A DNA stretch of 64,000 nt from a virus (taxonomy: Duplodnaviria; Heunggongvirae; Uroviricota; Caudoviricetes), in the IMG/VR virus record IMGVR_UViG_3300038345_000251, positions 247,248 through 311,247 of that record; one strand, 5' to 3'. The notes under the pieces are model-generated. The model had not been told where the DNA came from, ran no database searches, and saw only the letters and a program-made list of their open reading frames with translations. Shown piece by piece: positions 25,372 to 34,560 of the stretch. Both the position numbers and the translations under genes were made by a program. Each line of letters opens with the position of its first letter. Position 1 is the first letter of the stretch.

Positions 25372-26223
25372 TTATAAATTAATTAATTCTTCGTTATCCT
25401 CTCTGATGTCATCAATTGAATTGATTTCAAACTTATAATACCCACCTTCAGGATTTGGAATATCAACAAATTCATATGTTGGCTCTTCACTATCTGTTAT
25501 ATCCCATAAAACATAACCATGTCCTGTAATTGTTTCTCCATAATCTTTTTGTGATATACTTGAACAATAGACAATTTTAACACCATTTTTCTTAAGTTCT
25601 TGTTTCTTATGTATATGCCCTGCAATAACAAAATCACAATTTTCAAATATATTAGGGTCAATACCCTTTTCTGTTACATAATTTGTCGGTGTTATTGCAC
25701 CATTAATATCAGTATGAATCAAGCCAACATAACTTAACGGTGTTTTAGCACGACTTTTAGTTTTGAATGCTTCAATATCAGGTGTATTAAATGCATCATA
25801 TGAAGAATATAAACACCATACAACATTATCGTCTTTTAAACAGCCTGATTTATATTCAAGTTCTTTGTCAATATAAATAACATTAGTAAGTTTACCAAGT
25901 TCAAAAATTGGTTCAAGTGAATCAACTCTATCAGTATTGTTCATTAACATATCATGATTACCAATAACGACAATTGTTTTTGCTACTTTACCAAGTTCAG
26001 ACAAAAACCAGTATACAGCAATAATACTTTCATTGGTAACAGATATTTTATTATGAAAAATGTCACCGCAAACAACAATTCTTACTTTTCCTTTATCACC
26101 TTCTTCTTCTACAATTCGTTTACATTCATCAATAAATCTTTGAAGTATTACTTTAAGATTATCAATTCCTTTAACGGCAGGAAAATGTATATCAGAACAG
26201 GCTATAATTTTAGTTATACTCAT
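25372..26223 (-). CDS. metallophosphoesterase, SbcD/gp47-like nuclease subunit
   Basis: SDIH, GDIFH, IGNHD, AGHIHK motifs. Confidence 0.8.
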   Translation of the reverse strand: MSITKIIACSDIHFPAVKGIDNLKVILQRFIDECKRIVEEEGDKGKVRIVVCGDIFHNKISVTNESIIAVYWFLSELGKVAKTIVVIGNHDMLMNNTDRVDSLEPIFELGKLTNVIYIDKELEYKSGCLKDDNVVWCLYSSYDAFNTPDIEAFKTKSRAKTPLSYVGLIHTDINGAITPTNYVTEKGIDPNIFENCDFVIAGHIHKKQELKKNGVKIVYCSSISQKDYGETITGHGYVLWDITDSEEPTYEFVDIPNPEGGYYKFEINSIDDIREDNEELINL

Positions 26224-26813
26224 AATATATCATCACTAATATTCATTATTCGTAAAAGTTCTTTTAATTCGTCATTACTGAATTGCCAATTGTTAATTGT
26301 CTTTTCTTGAAATTTACGAATTGTAAATAATGGAATAAGACAAATAGGTGTTTTGAAAAATTCAGAATGTTCTTGTTTATTAAACAAATCAAAAAAATTT
26401 GTTATATCCTTATCATCATTACAAAAGTTTTGAATGTCTAACGCAATTGAAAACATATCACTTTCGTTAAAACCAACAAGAGTTTTTTCAAACAAATCTC
26501 TATCTATTTTAGTGTTAATAGATAAACGTTCTTTCCAAATATTCACAATTGTTTCTGCAATATATCTAAAAATAATAATTGAAAAAAATTCTTTGTTTGT
26601 TGTTGTTCTGTATTTGTCAGTAATTTCGTCCCAAGGAATTTCTTTATCATTTTTATGAATAATAACACCTTTTTGAAGTATTACATCATTACCATTATAT
26701 TTAATAGGCAGTGTTTCATCACTGGTAAATATGACATAATATGAACTATCATCAGGTTTTAATTGTGACAGCATATATTGCATTTTAATAAACGTTTCTT
26801 TTGAAATATCCAT
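26220..26813 (-). CDS. hypothetical protein
   Basis: 197 aa ORF in operon. Confidence 0.55.
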   Translation of the reverse strand: MDISKETFIKMQYMLSQLKPDDSSYYVIFTSDETLPIKYNGNDVILQKGVIIHKNDKEIPWDEITDKYRTTTNKEFFSIIIFRYIAETIVNIWKERLSINTKIDRDLFEKTLVGFNESDMFSIALDIQNFCNDDKDITNFFDLFNKQEHSEFFKTPICLIPLFTIRKFQEKTINNWQFSNDELKELLRIMNISDDIL

Positions 26814-26893
26814 AACTTAATATTTTTTACAAATATACAAAAAATCCTCAACAAAACCAAACTTGTTGAGGATTAAACTACTGATAAAGTTAA

Positions 26894-27223
26894 TCACCGA
26901 TTGATATTTACAACAATGTTCTTTCTTTGTTTATAAGGAATAAGTTTTTCATTCCTAAAAATTTCCATACAAAGGTCATAAACCTGATTATACAAGTCAC
27001 GTGCTTCTTCGCTTGGAATTTTGTGATTAGTGGAATCATAAAGGTTAAGATAACCATTCAGAATGTCAAGTTTTACTGACTTTACAGGGAAAATTTCTGG
27101 ATTAAACCCCTTCCACTTAAGGTAGTTCCAAAAATTAATGGTGCGAATTCTACGGAGGCTCATGTGTTCCTTCACAGTACCCCTCTTTTCAAGCATGTTG
27201 AAAATACTGTCGTTGTACTTCAT
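26894..27223 (-). CDS. hypothetical protein
   Basis: 109 aa ORF. Confidence 0.55.
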   Translation of the reverse strand: MKYNDSIFNMLEKRGTVKEHMSLRRIRTINFWNYLKWKGFNPEIFPVKSVKLDILNGYLNLYDSTNHKIPSEEARDLYNQVYDLCMEIFRNEKLIPYKQRKNIVVNINR

Positions 27224-27234
27224 ATGTGTAAATT

Positions 27235-27495
27235 TTATTTATGTTGTTTTTTAATCCAATCGTCAAGTGTACCGTCTGTTTTTTCCATTTTTTTCCTATT
27301 CCAGTAATCAGGACAATAACATTCATCGTTAGTGTAATAATAACATTCTGCGCCATTACTTCCAATATTTCTAGACAACATATAACAAATTCCTTCACCA
27401 ATATAGTGATTAAGTTTACTTATATCATATATGTATCCAGGATTTTTGGTTCGTTTATACTACCAACAATTTTTGCAACGTCCGTGATTAGGCAT
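27235..27495 (-). CDS. Cys-rich 86-aa protein with an in-frame TAG at codon 12 (readthrough or pseudogene)
   Basis: own translation MPNHGRCKNCW*YKRT...CYCPDYW...QHK*; fills the gap between two operon genes. Confidence 0.6.
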
Positions 27496-27497
27496 AG

Positions 27498-27710
27498 TTA
27501 GTCAACAATGATTATTTCTGTTCCTTCAGCATAAATGTTTCCTTCTCCGTCAGCCCAAAGATATTCATCCCAGTTTTTATCATATCCTTGATAATAAACA
27601 TGAAATTTTTCACTTTTTTTCTTATTGACAAATTTTGCTGTTCTAACGTTATCAAACGTTACGTTTTCGTGATTTATCAAAGTGTTTTTCTTCATAATTA
27701 TATCTCCCAA
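27498..27710 (-). CDS. hypothetical protein
   Basis: 70 aa, overlapping operon arrangement. Confidence 0.5.
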   Translation of the reverse strand: MGDIIMKKNTLINHENVTFDNVRTAKFVNKKKSEKFHVYYQGYDKNWDEYLWADGEGNIYAEGTEIIIVD

Positions 27711-27883
27711 CCGATTTCAAGAACTTTATTACCAAATTCATCTTCAATGTCATAACCACGTTCCCCGATACCAATAATCTTTACTTTAGTACCTTTAGTC
27801 ATAACACCTACCATACATTCATGTCTTTTGTGAGTTGTAACCCAGTCACCAACTTCACGTCCTTTATTAGATGGAATAAACAT
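27698..27883 (-). CDS. hypothetical protein
   Basis: 61 aa, operon arrangement. Confidence 0.5.
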   Translation of the reverse strand: MFIPSNKGREVGDWVTTHKRHECMVGVMTKGTKVKIIGIGERGYDIEDEFGNKVLEIGWEI

Positions 27884-27888
27884 AGTAT

Positions 27889-28740
27889 TTAATCTGTTAA
27901 ACGGTTTTCATTTACTTTAAATTTTTTAAACATATTTTTTTCTGAACAAAATGCTTGATATACAGTAGGATATTTTAGAATGAAATCTGCTGCTTTTTCT
28001 GGTTCTTCACAAGCATTATAAGTTTCGTCACAAGTACATACATTATCATAGTAAAGGTCTTCAATGGCACAGTGAGTTTTCCATAAAATTTCCCATCCAT
28101 TAGCAAGTTTTCTTGTATAGACAGTTCCATTGGAAAATATTTTTGTCTCTGTCTCATTAAATCCATTGTCATTGTAAGTTTTTTCAATGAATTTTACAAT
28201 TTCTTCCTTGGTTTGCTTATTATCTTCCAATTTATATTCAATGTTTGGAAAAGCGTTTTTCAATGTATGAAGTACCACATAAACCCTATACTCGTCAGGA
28301 CATTCAATTGTGAATTTTTGAGGAACGTTATTAGGATTATAACCATCCCATGCCCATGATTCTTTAAATCCTTCAAGGTAGCAACTTGGAATTTTGTCAT
28401 ATTTGTTTTCTACCATTCGCTGACTGATACAATCCTCTGGTATTAGGTTAGTTCTTTCATATTTGTATGGAAGTTCTACACTAAGTTTCCAATCATAAAA
28501 ATTACCTCTCATAATAACCTTTACACCGTTCATCATTTTAATGTAATAAACAGGCAAAAGGCAAGATTTAGAAGTGTGGGTTGATACGATGAATACACGA
28601 CTTTTTAAAAGATTCATTCCAATATCATCCCTAACAAAGATTGCTTGCTTTACTGCTGCGTTTTTATAAATGAGTTTTTCATCCAAATCCCATTTATTCA
28701 TCCAAGTTTGTAAAAGTTTCATTGTTTGTAAAAGTTTCAT
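27889..28740 (-). CDS. hypothetical protein
   Basis: 283 aa ORF. Confidence 0.6.
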   Translation of the reverse strand: MKLLQTMKLLQTWMNKWDLDEKLIYKNAAVKQAIFVRDDIGMNLLKSRVFIVSTHTSKSCLLPVYYIKMMNGVKVIMRGNFYDWKLSVELPYKYERTNLIPEDCISQRMVENKYDKIPSCYLEGFKESWAWDGYNPNNVPQKFTIECPDEYRVYVVLHTLKNAFPNIEYKLEDNKQTKEEIVKFIEKTYNDNGFNETETKIFSNGTVYTRKLANGWEILWKTHCAIEDLYYDNVCTCDETYNACEEPEKAADFILKYPTVYQAFCSEKNMFKKFKVNENRLTD

Positions 28741-28888
28741 TATTTATTTTTTATAATTCGTTCAATATATTCTTTAACGTCTTCTAATTCTTGTATCTCA
28801 AAACTCGTGCCACATTCTGCATGTTGTTTAAGTTGGTATATTTTCCCTTCAATATAACCTAATGTTCTATTTACCAATATTAAATCAT

Positions 28889-29740
28889 TCATAAGCCAAA
28901 AGTATCTCTTACTCCAAAATTTTCTTTCTTTTTAGAAAATATAATTTTGATATGTGTATAATCAGTTAATTTAACATCAAAATCTTTTTTAATTTCATCA
29001 TCAAGAAAAGAAACACGAAAACGTTCAAGATAATCAATATTATAATCATGTTCCATTAATTCCAAAAAGTCTTCTACCATAATAGGAAAATAATTTTCAT
29101 TAACTTCACGTTTCCAATTAATTTTCCAACGATACTTCAAAAGAAAATGCATGAAATTTTTCATAATTTTAAGTTCGCCATGCTTTTCTTCAAAGTCAGC
29201 AACTTGTTTTTCATATTTTACTTTACCATACACTTTATTCAATTCAGACGAATTGACATGTCTATAAGTATCATAAGTAACCATCATGTCTCTTACAATA
29301 ACATAATCAAAATCGCTATCAAACACTTTATTCCAAAAATCATCTATTTCTTCAGTAGATTTTGCATATGAATATACTTCATGAATAACAGAAGAAAGGA
29401 ACAAGATTTTAATACGATTTTTGCTTTCATTCAATTTTTCCTTTACTTCATCCCAAGAAGAAGTAAATATAACATCTTCATTATCATCACCATGAAAATT
29501 GGTTTTAGCAATATCAATCATAGTTTCAGAAATGTCATAACCAATATATGTGTGCATATAATGATTGTCTTTATTGGTTTCACAAAGATTGTTAATAATT
29601 GTACCGTCAGCACAACCAAAGTCAACAATTGTATAATGTTTATCAGAAAACTTATCCAACCAAAAAAGTTTATCTTTAATATGTTTGGACATATTTTCGT
29701 TATAAGAGTTAATGTTTTTGAATTTTTTTCCTACTTCCAT
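28889..29740 (-). CDS. class I SAM-dependent methyltransferase
   Basis: IVDFGCADG motif I, YIGYDIS, FLSSVIHEV. Confidence 0.8.
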   Translation of the reverse strand: MEVGKKFKNINSYNENMSKHIKDKLFWLDKFSDKHYTIVDFGCADGTIINNLCETNKDNHYMHTYIGYDISETMIDIAKTNFHGDDNEDVIFTSSWDEVKEKLNESKNRIKILFLSSVIHEVYSYAKSTEEIDDFWNKVFDSDFDYVIVRDMMVTYDTYRHVNSSELNKVYGKVKYEKQVADFEEKHGELKIMKNFMHFLLKYRWKINWKREVNENYFPIMVEDFLELMEHDYNIDYLERFRVSFLDDEIKKDFDVKLTDYTHIKIIFSKKKENFGVRDTFGL

Positions 29741-29833
29741 TTATTTTTATTTTTTACGATGCAAAGATAAATAAAATATTTTAATCTACCAAATTTTTTT
29801 TTTCATTTTTTATTTATCAATTTTAATGCCAAG

Positions 29834-30883
29834 TTAAATTAATAAATCAATTTCGGAAAATTGTTTTTTAGATTTCATTATTTTAATGATATTTTCTTTT
29901 CCACCTGCTTGATATGCTTCACCAAAGTCTTTCCAAGGAAGTTCATTAGTTTCAAGACGTACATACCATATTTTATTTCTTAATCTACCAACATTTAATA
30001 AATTATATATACGTTTTGTTTCAATAATTTTTGTATCACCATCAAGACATATTATAATATTACTATTTGCTTTTTCATAAAGTTGTTTATAAATTTCGTT
30101 TTCCTTCTTAAGTACCTTACCTAATAATGCGATACTATTTGGATAATATAAACAATCTAAACCACCTTCGACAAGAAATATATCATTATTCCATTGTATT
30201 TTACTCTCTTGGAAAACAATTTTATTTTTATCAGCGTCACAGTTTTTATACTTTACTTTATGATTATTCCAAGGAGAAGATAGACTATTACTCTTTTCAT
30301 TAATGAAATCTCTACCAATCCAATAATTTAAGTCACCTTCACTATTGTATGATGGAATAATAATTCTATCCCTGTCTTGCCACTTTTCTTCATCCCAAGT
30401 AGTATAACCGATATTATAAAAATCAATCATGTCCTGAGTGATTTTTCTTTCTTCAAGATATTCAATAAGTTTTTGTTTTCTACAGGTTTTCAAATCAATT
30501 TTTTTAAAGGTCAATGGTAATTTCAGACTATTATAATACCCTAAATCTTCTCCATTATCTTTAAATAAATCTAAATCATAGTATTTGGTTTCTTTTATTT
30601 CATTTACTATTCTAAAATATTCAGATAGTAATTCTTTAGTACCCCATTTTTTAATTAATTTAGATATGTTTCCACCATGTTCAGTTGACCAATCGTGATA
30701 TTTGCCTAATGAAAGAGATACTTCAAGATTATATTTTCCATCAGGTACACCACCATTTTCTTCAGCAATCCAAGGTGAATTAAATTGGTATTGGGATTCA
30801 TTAGTGCTAAAATCCCCTTGTTTAGATTCCCCAAAGATTAACCTAAGAATGTCGTATATTTGTCTAACTTCAACAGGTAACAT
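29834..30883 (-). CDS. DNA primase (TOPRIM)
   Basis: RIIIP..YWIGR, IFLVEGGLD, ICLDGD, KDFGE. Confidence 0.8.
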   Translation of the reverse strand: MLPVEVRQIYDILRLIFGESKQGDFSTNESQYQFNSPWIAEENGGVPDGKYNLEVSLSLGKYHDWSTEHGGNISKLIKKWGTKELLSEYFRIVNEIKETKYYDLDLFKDNGEDLGYYNSLKLPLTFKKIDLKTCRKQKLIEYLEERKITQDMIDFYNIGYTTWDEEKWQDRDRIIIPSYNSEGDLNYWIGRDFINEKSNSLSSPWNNHKVKYKNCDADKNKIVFQESKIQWNNDIFLVEGGLDCLYYPNSIALLGKVLKKENEIYKQLYEKANSNIIICLDGDTKIIETKRIYNLLNVGRLRNKIWYVRLETNELPWKDFGEAYQAGGKENIIKIMKSKKQFSEIDLLI

Positions 30884-30954
30884 ACAATATTGATTTTTAC
30901 AAATATACAATTTTTATATAAGTTTTACAACTTTTGTTTATTGGTGGACATAAT

Positions 30955-30979
30955 AAAAGCCGTAGGTTTTACGGCTTTT
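30955..30979. terminator. intrinsic terminator, near-identical to the one at 1489
   Basis: AAAAGCCGTA..TACGGCTTTT. Confidence 0.7.
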
Positions 30980-30991
30980 AATTTTTTTTGT

Positions 30992-31477
30992 TTAATCTTC
31001 CATACTTTGTGCCATTCGTTCAAGGTCCCCACCTTCTGCGTTCCACTGTTCTTTCCAGTTTTTATAGAACCCTTGTAATTTATTAAGTGTTCTCATATTT
31101 TCGTCAGAAAGAATAAGACCATCACACCATACAAAACATCCTTCACCTGTATTAGTTCTAAGTTTGAATTGGAACTTAAGATTATTAAGTCTTGGAATAG
31201 TACCACTAAAAATCAGATTACCTTCATCTGGAAGATAAATAAGTGGTGATTCTGATACTTTACCAGGTTTAGTGAATTGCGCACCGCTATCAACTGATGT
31301 TCTGAACTGTTCTATTTGACTTGATAAAACAGATTGTCCAAATCTTGGGTCATCAGTAATTGCAATAGCATCAGATTTTTTTTCATCTTCTTCTTTAAGT
31401 AAAGATTTTTCTGATGTATTATTTTCTTGAATATTTCTAATTTTATTTAATATATCTCTTGTATAATCTGTTTTCAT
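30992..31477 (-). CDS. hypothetical protein (start moved to MKTDY)
   Basis: ATG lies next to the upstream stop. Confidence 0.55.
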   Translation of the reverse strand: MKTDYTRDILNKIRNIQENNTSEKSLLKEEDEKKSDAIAITDDPRFGQSVLSSQIEQFRTSVDSGAQFTKPGKVSESPLIYLPDEGNLIFSGTIPRLNNLKFQFKLRTNTGEGCFVWCDGLILSDENMRTLNKLQGFYKNWKEQWNAEGGDLERMAQSMED

Positions 31478-31478
31478 A

Positions 31479-31967
31479 TTAACCATAATACATTCCATTC
31501 CATGAAGAAGTAGTACTTCTACCATAGTTTCTAATTATTTTACGTGCTTTTTCTTTAGCCTTTTCAGTTTTTTCAATTTCCTGTTTGATTAATTCTTCGG
31601 CTTCTTCTTGTGTTTCTACTTTTTCAAAGTTTTCTTTGAACTCTTCTTCTGATTTCTGTATATTTTCAATTTGTTCAATAACATCTTCTACTTCCTGAAC
31701 ATTTGTTTCTTCATCTGTTTCTTCAGATTCAGGTTCAATGTCATCAATAGTAACATCTATTTCTTTCACTGCTTTTTCAATTTCATCAAAAGAAATATCT
31801 TCGTTTTGTTCAAAAATATCATTTACATCTTTTTCAAGTTCTTCTTCTTCACTTGTTGTGACTGAAATTTCAACAGGATTTTCTACAATATCAAGTTTTT
31901 CGTTAAGTTGAACTTTAGATTTTATTTCATTAGTTTTCTTATTTGTTTTGTTACCTTTTTTAGCCAT
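31479..31967 (-). CDS. acidic hypothetical protein
   Basis: Glu-rich 162 aa; preceded by ACTATTTATA at 32003-31994. Confidence 0.55.
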   Translation of the reverse strand: MAKKGNKTNKKTNEIKSKVQLNEKLDIVENPVEISVTTSEEEELEKDVNDIFEQNEDISFDEIEKAVKEIDVTIDDIEPESEETDEETNVQEVEDVIEQIENIQKSEEEFKENFEKVETQEEAEELIKQEIEKTEKAKEKARKIIRNYGRSTTSSWNGMYYG

Positions 31968-31982
31968 AAGTTTTAAATTTTA

Positions 31983-32693
31983 TTAGTCATTATTATAAAT
32001 AGTTTTATCCATATCAAAAGACAATGCAGCACTTCTCATTTTTTTGAAACTGTTTGCATTAATTTGTCTAATTCTTTCTTTTGAAATTCCAAGTTCTTTA
32101 CCAATTTCATCAAGGGTTTTAGGTTTACAACCATTTAAACCATAATATTGTGTAATAATATCTTTTTCTTTATTATTTAAGAAATTCATTAATGAACCAA
32201 TTTTTGTTTTAATATCTTGTTCTTTTTCAAAACTGTTTTCATAAGTAATTGCACTTACTAATTTGCAATCAATATCATCATTATCATCTATTTCATCCTT
32301 TTCATTGAATTTTGGTAAATCTTCAGCATCTATTACGTTTCTTTTTTCTATCGCTTCTTTTATTGCTTGTTTAATCCACCATATAGAATAACTAATTACT
32401 TTATACCCTTTATCACCGTCAAAATTATCTAATGCTCTAATTAATCCAACATTTCCTTCAGAAATCAAATCAGAATAAGATAGTCCTCTACCTTGATAGT
32501 TTTTGGCTATATTAGCAACAAATCTTAAATTTGCTGATACTAATTTATTTCTTGCTTCAATGTCGTTTTCATATTTGTATTTATGCCACAATTCATATTC
32601 TTCTTCACGTGACAATGGTTTATATTCACTAATATCCTTAAAATACTTTTCTACATTATTATCATATTCAATAATGTTCTTATTACGTTTCAT
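31983..32693 (-). CDS. sigma-70 family RNA polymerase sigma factor (1)
   Basis: LVSANLRFV, DLISEGNVGL, YSIWWIKQ, TLDEIG..ISKERIRQI. Confidence 0.9.
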   Translation of the reverse strand: MKRNKNIIEYDNNVEKYFKDISEYKPLSREEEYELWHKYKYENDIEARNKLVSANLRFVANIAKNYQGRGLSYSDLISEGNVGLIRALDNFDGDKGYKVISYSIWWIKQAIKEAIEKRNVIDAEDLPKFNEKDEIDDNDDIDCKLVSAITYENSFEKEQDIKTKIGSLMNFLNNKEKDIITQYYGLNGCKPKTLDEIGKELGISKERIRQINANSFKKMRSAALSFDMDKTIYNND

Positions 32694-32713
32694 TCTCTTT
32701 ATGTTTTCATACC

Positions 32714-33544
32714 TTATTTTTTTGTTTTTTCGTTAATAACATTACTAACTTCATTGATTTTTTCCATAAGTCTTTCATTATAAATAGTTTGTATTCTATT
32801 TTTACTAAGTTCACAATATTCTGGTACTTTTTCAATACCAATAAAGTTTCTTTTAAGTTTTATAGCAGCGATACCAGATGTTCCACTTCCACAGAACGGG
32901 TCGAGAACAGTGTCACCTTCATTAGACCATGTTAAGATATGGTCATATGCAAGTTTTTCGGGAAAAACAGCAGGATGGTTTGTTTTATTTTGTGCTACAG
33001 CAATTTCCCATATATTATCTTTTACCTTTTCTTTATTAATATTAAAAGTTTTATGTGTTCTTCCATCTTCTCCACCAATATTTTTACAAGTTGAATCATA
33101 TTTTTTACCAGCACACTTACAAGGGACCATTATTGGGTTAAATGTCGTAGGTAATCCTTTACTGAAAACAAACATATATTCAAATACTTGATTATATCTT
33201 GGTTGTTTTACTTGTGGAAGTGGGTTTTCTTTTTTCCAAATCATTGTATCGTTTAAATTAAATCCTGCTTCTACAAAAGCAAGTGCTTGTTTAAACGAAG
33301 TAGTTGTTTCACTACCTTTTTTTGTCTTATCATTAATAACCCAAACAACAACACCACCAGGTTTTGTTATTTTATATAATAATTTGATGATGTCTTTACA
33401 AATATCTAAATTCCATTCAAGAGTATTACCATAACTACGCATATCGTCATATGGGGGGCTTGTTATTGTCATATCAACTGTAACACCTTTATCAATTAAT
33501 TCCTGTAGTTTTTCCCTACAATCTCCTTCAATAATACTAACCAT
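32714..33544 (-). CDS. DNA N4C/N6A methyltransferase (beta class)
   Basis: TSPPY, HPAVFP, VLDPFCGSGTS. Confidence 0.88.
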   Translation of the reverse strand: MVSIIEGDCREKLQELIDKGVTVDMTITSPPYDDMRSYGNTLEWNLDICKDIIKLLYKITKPGGVVVWVINDKTKKGSETTTSFKQALAFVEAGFNLNDTMIWKKENPLPQVKQPRYNQVFEYMFVFSKGLPTTFNPIMVPCKCAGKKYDSTCKNIGGEDGRTHKTFNINKEKVKDNIWEIAVAQNKTNHPAVFPEKLAYDHILTWSNEGDTVLDPFCGSGTSGIAAIKLKRNFIGIEKVPEYCELSKNRIQTIYNERLMEKINEVSNVINEKTKK

Positions 33545-33566
33545 TATAAAACAGATTTAATTGAAC

Positions 33567-34508
33567 TTATATTATTGATTTTACAAATTTCCATATATAT
33601 CCTCCACATGTTTTTCTTTTTTGGTTACAACAATGTGAAATGTGTTCACGTCTTATATTAAGACTTCTACTTGCTTCACCAATTGATTTATAAATTTTTA
33701 TTAAATTACCATCAATCGAATATTGTCCGACTTGTTTATTAAACGAAGTGTCTGTAAAATCACGTTTTTTCATGTGCGAAAACACTTCTTCTTGCCAATT
33801 ATTTTTACGAATAATTTGATAAGCTCTTGAATTACTATCAGCAAAACTTTTAATAGTATTATATTTTTTTGCTATTTCAATACAATTTTCTTTAGTGTAA
33901 ACGTTTCCGTATGGATTACCACCAAGTGTACCTGTTTTAGCAATATTTAATATAATCCAACCATTTTCTTTATATATTTTTACATATTCAGTTTCTAATT
34001 TAGATGCTTCTTCCTTAATAACATAATCAGTTAATTGTTTTGGTGAAGGTATTGATATATTATTATTTTTAGAAAAAATATAAACAACACTTTTTTTATC
34101 TTTTCTGTGTTGTAAATCTCTCATCTTTAAATTAAAAGTTAACCCTATATACGAATATTTTTTTTCATTAATTATAAATTCATATGCATAAATACATCTT
34201 TTATATTTACTACCAGTTTTTTTTAACTTTTCTAAAATATTATTCCATTTATTATTACGTATAACGGTATACATTGATAAATTTTCATTTACAAAATCAT
34301 TAAGATATTCATATTTGGATACTTTTTCAATACATTCATTAATTGTATATTTTTTGTGTTTTTTTCTTTTTAAATGAGATAATAATTCATTCCACCCATT
34401 TCGTCTTATGACTGTTACTATTGATTTATTAATATTTGTGATTTCTTCTAATGTAGTAAAATCTTTTACAAAATTTTCACAATATTCATATGTATATATT
34501 TTTTTCAT
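33567..34508 (-). CDS. free-standing GIY-YIG/NUMOD1 homing endonuclease
   Basis: CIYAY..YIGLT; C-terminal KQVGQYSIDG..SIGEASR..CGGYIW. Confidence 0.8.
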   Translation of the reverse strand: MKKIYTYEYCENFVKDFTTLEEITNINKSIVTVIRRNGWNELLSHLKRKKHKKYTINECIEKVSKYEYLNDFVNENLSMYTVIRNNKWNNILEKLKKTGSKYKRCIYAYEFIINEKKYSYIGLTFNLKMRDLQHRKDKKSVVYIFSKNNNISIPSPKQLTDYVIKEEASKLETEYVKIYKENGWIILNIAKTGTLGGNPYGNVYTKENCIEIAKKYNTIKSFADSNSRAYQIIRKNNWQEEVFSHMKKRDFTDTSFNKQVGQYSIDGNLIKIYKSIGEASRSLNIRREHISHCCNQKRKTCGGYIWKFVKSII

Positions 34509-34560
34509 GGCACTATGTATTTTTATATAAATATTTTAAAATAAAGAAAAAAAACAAATT

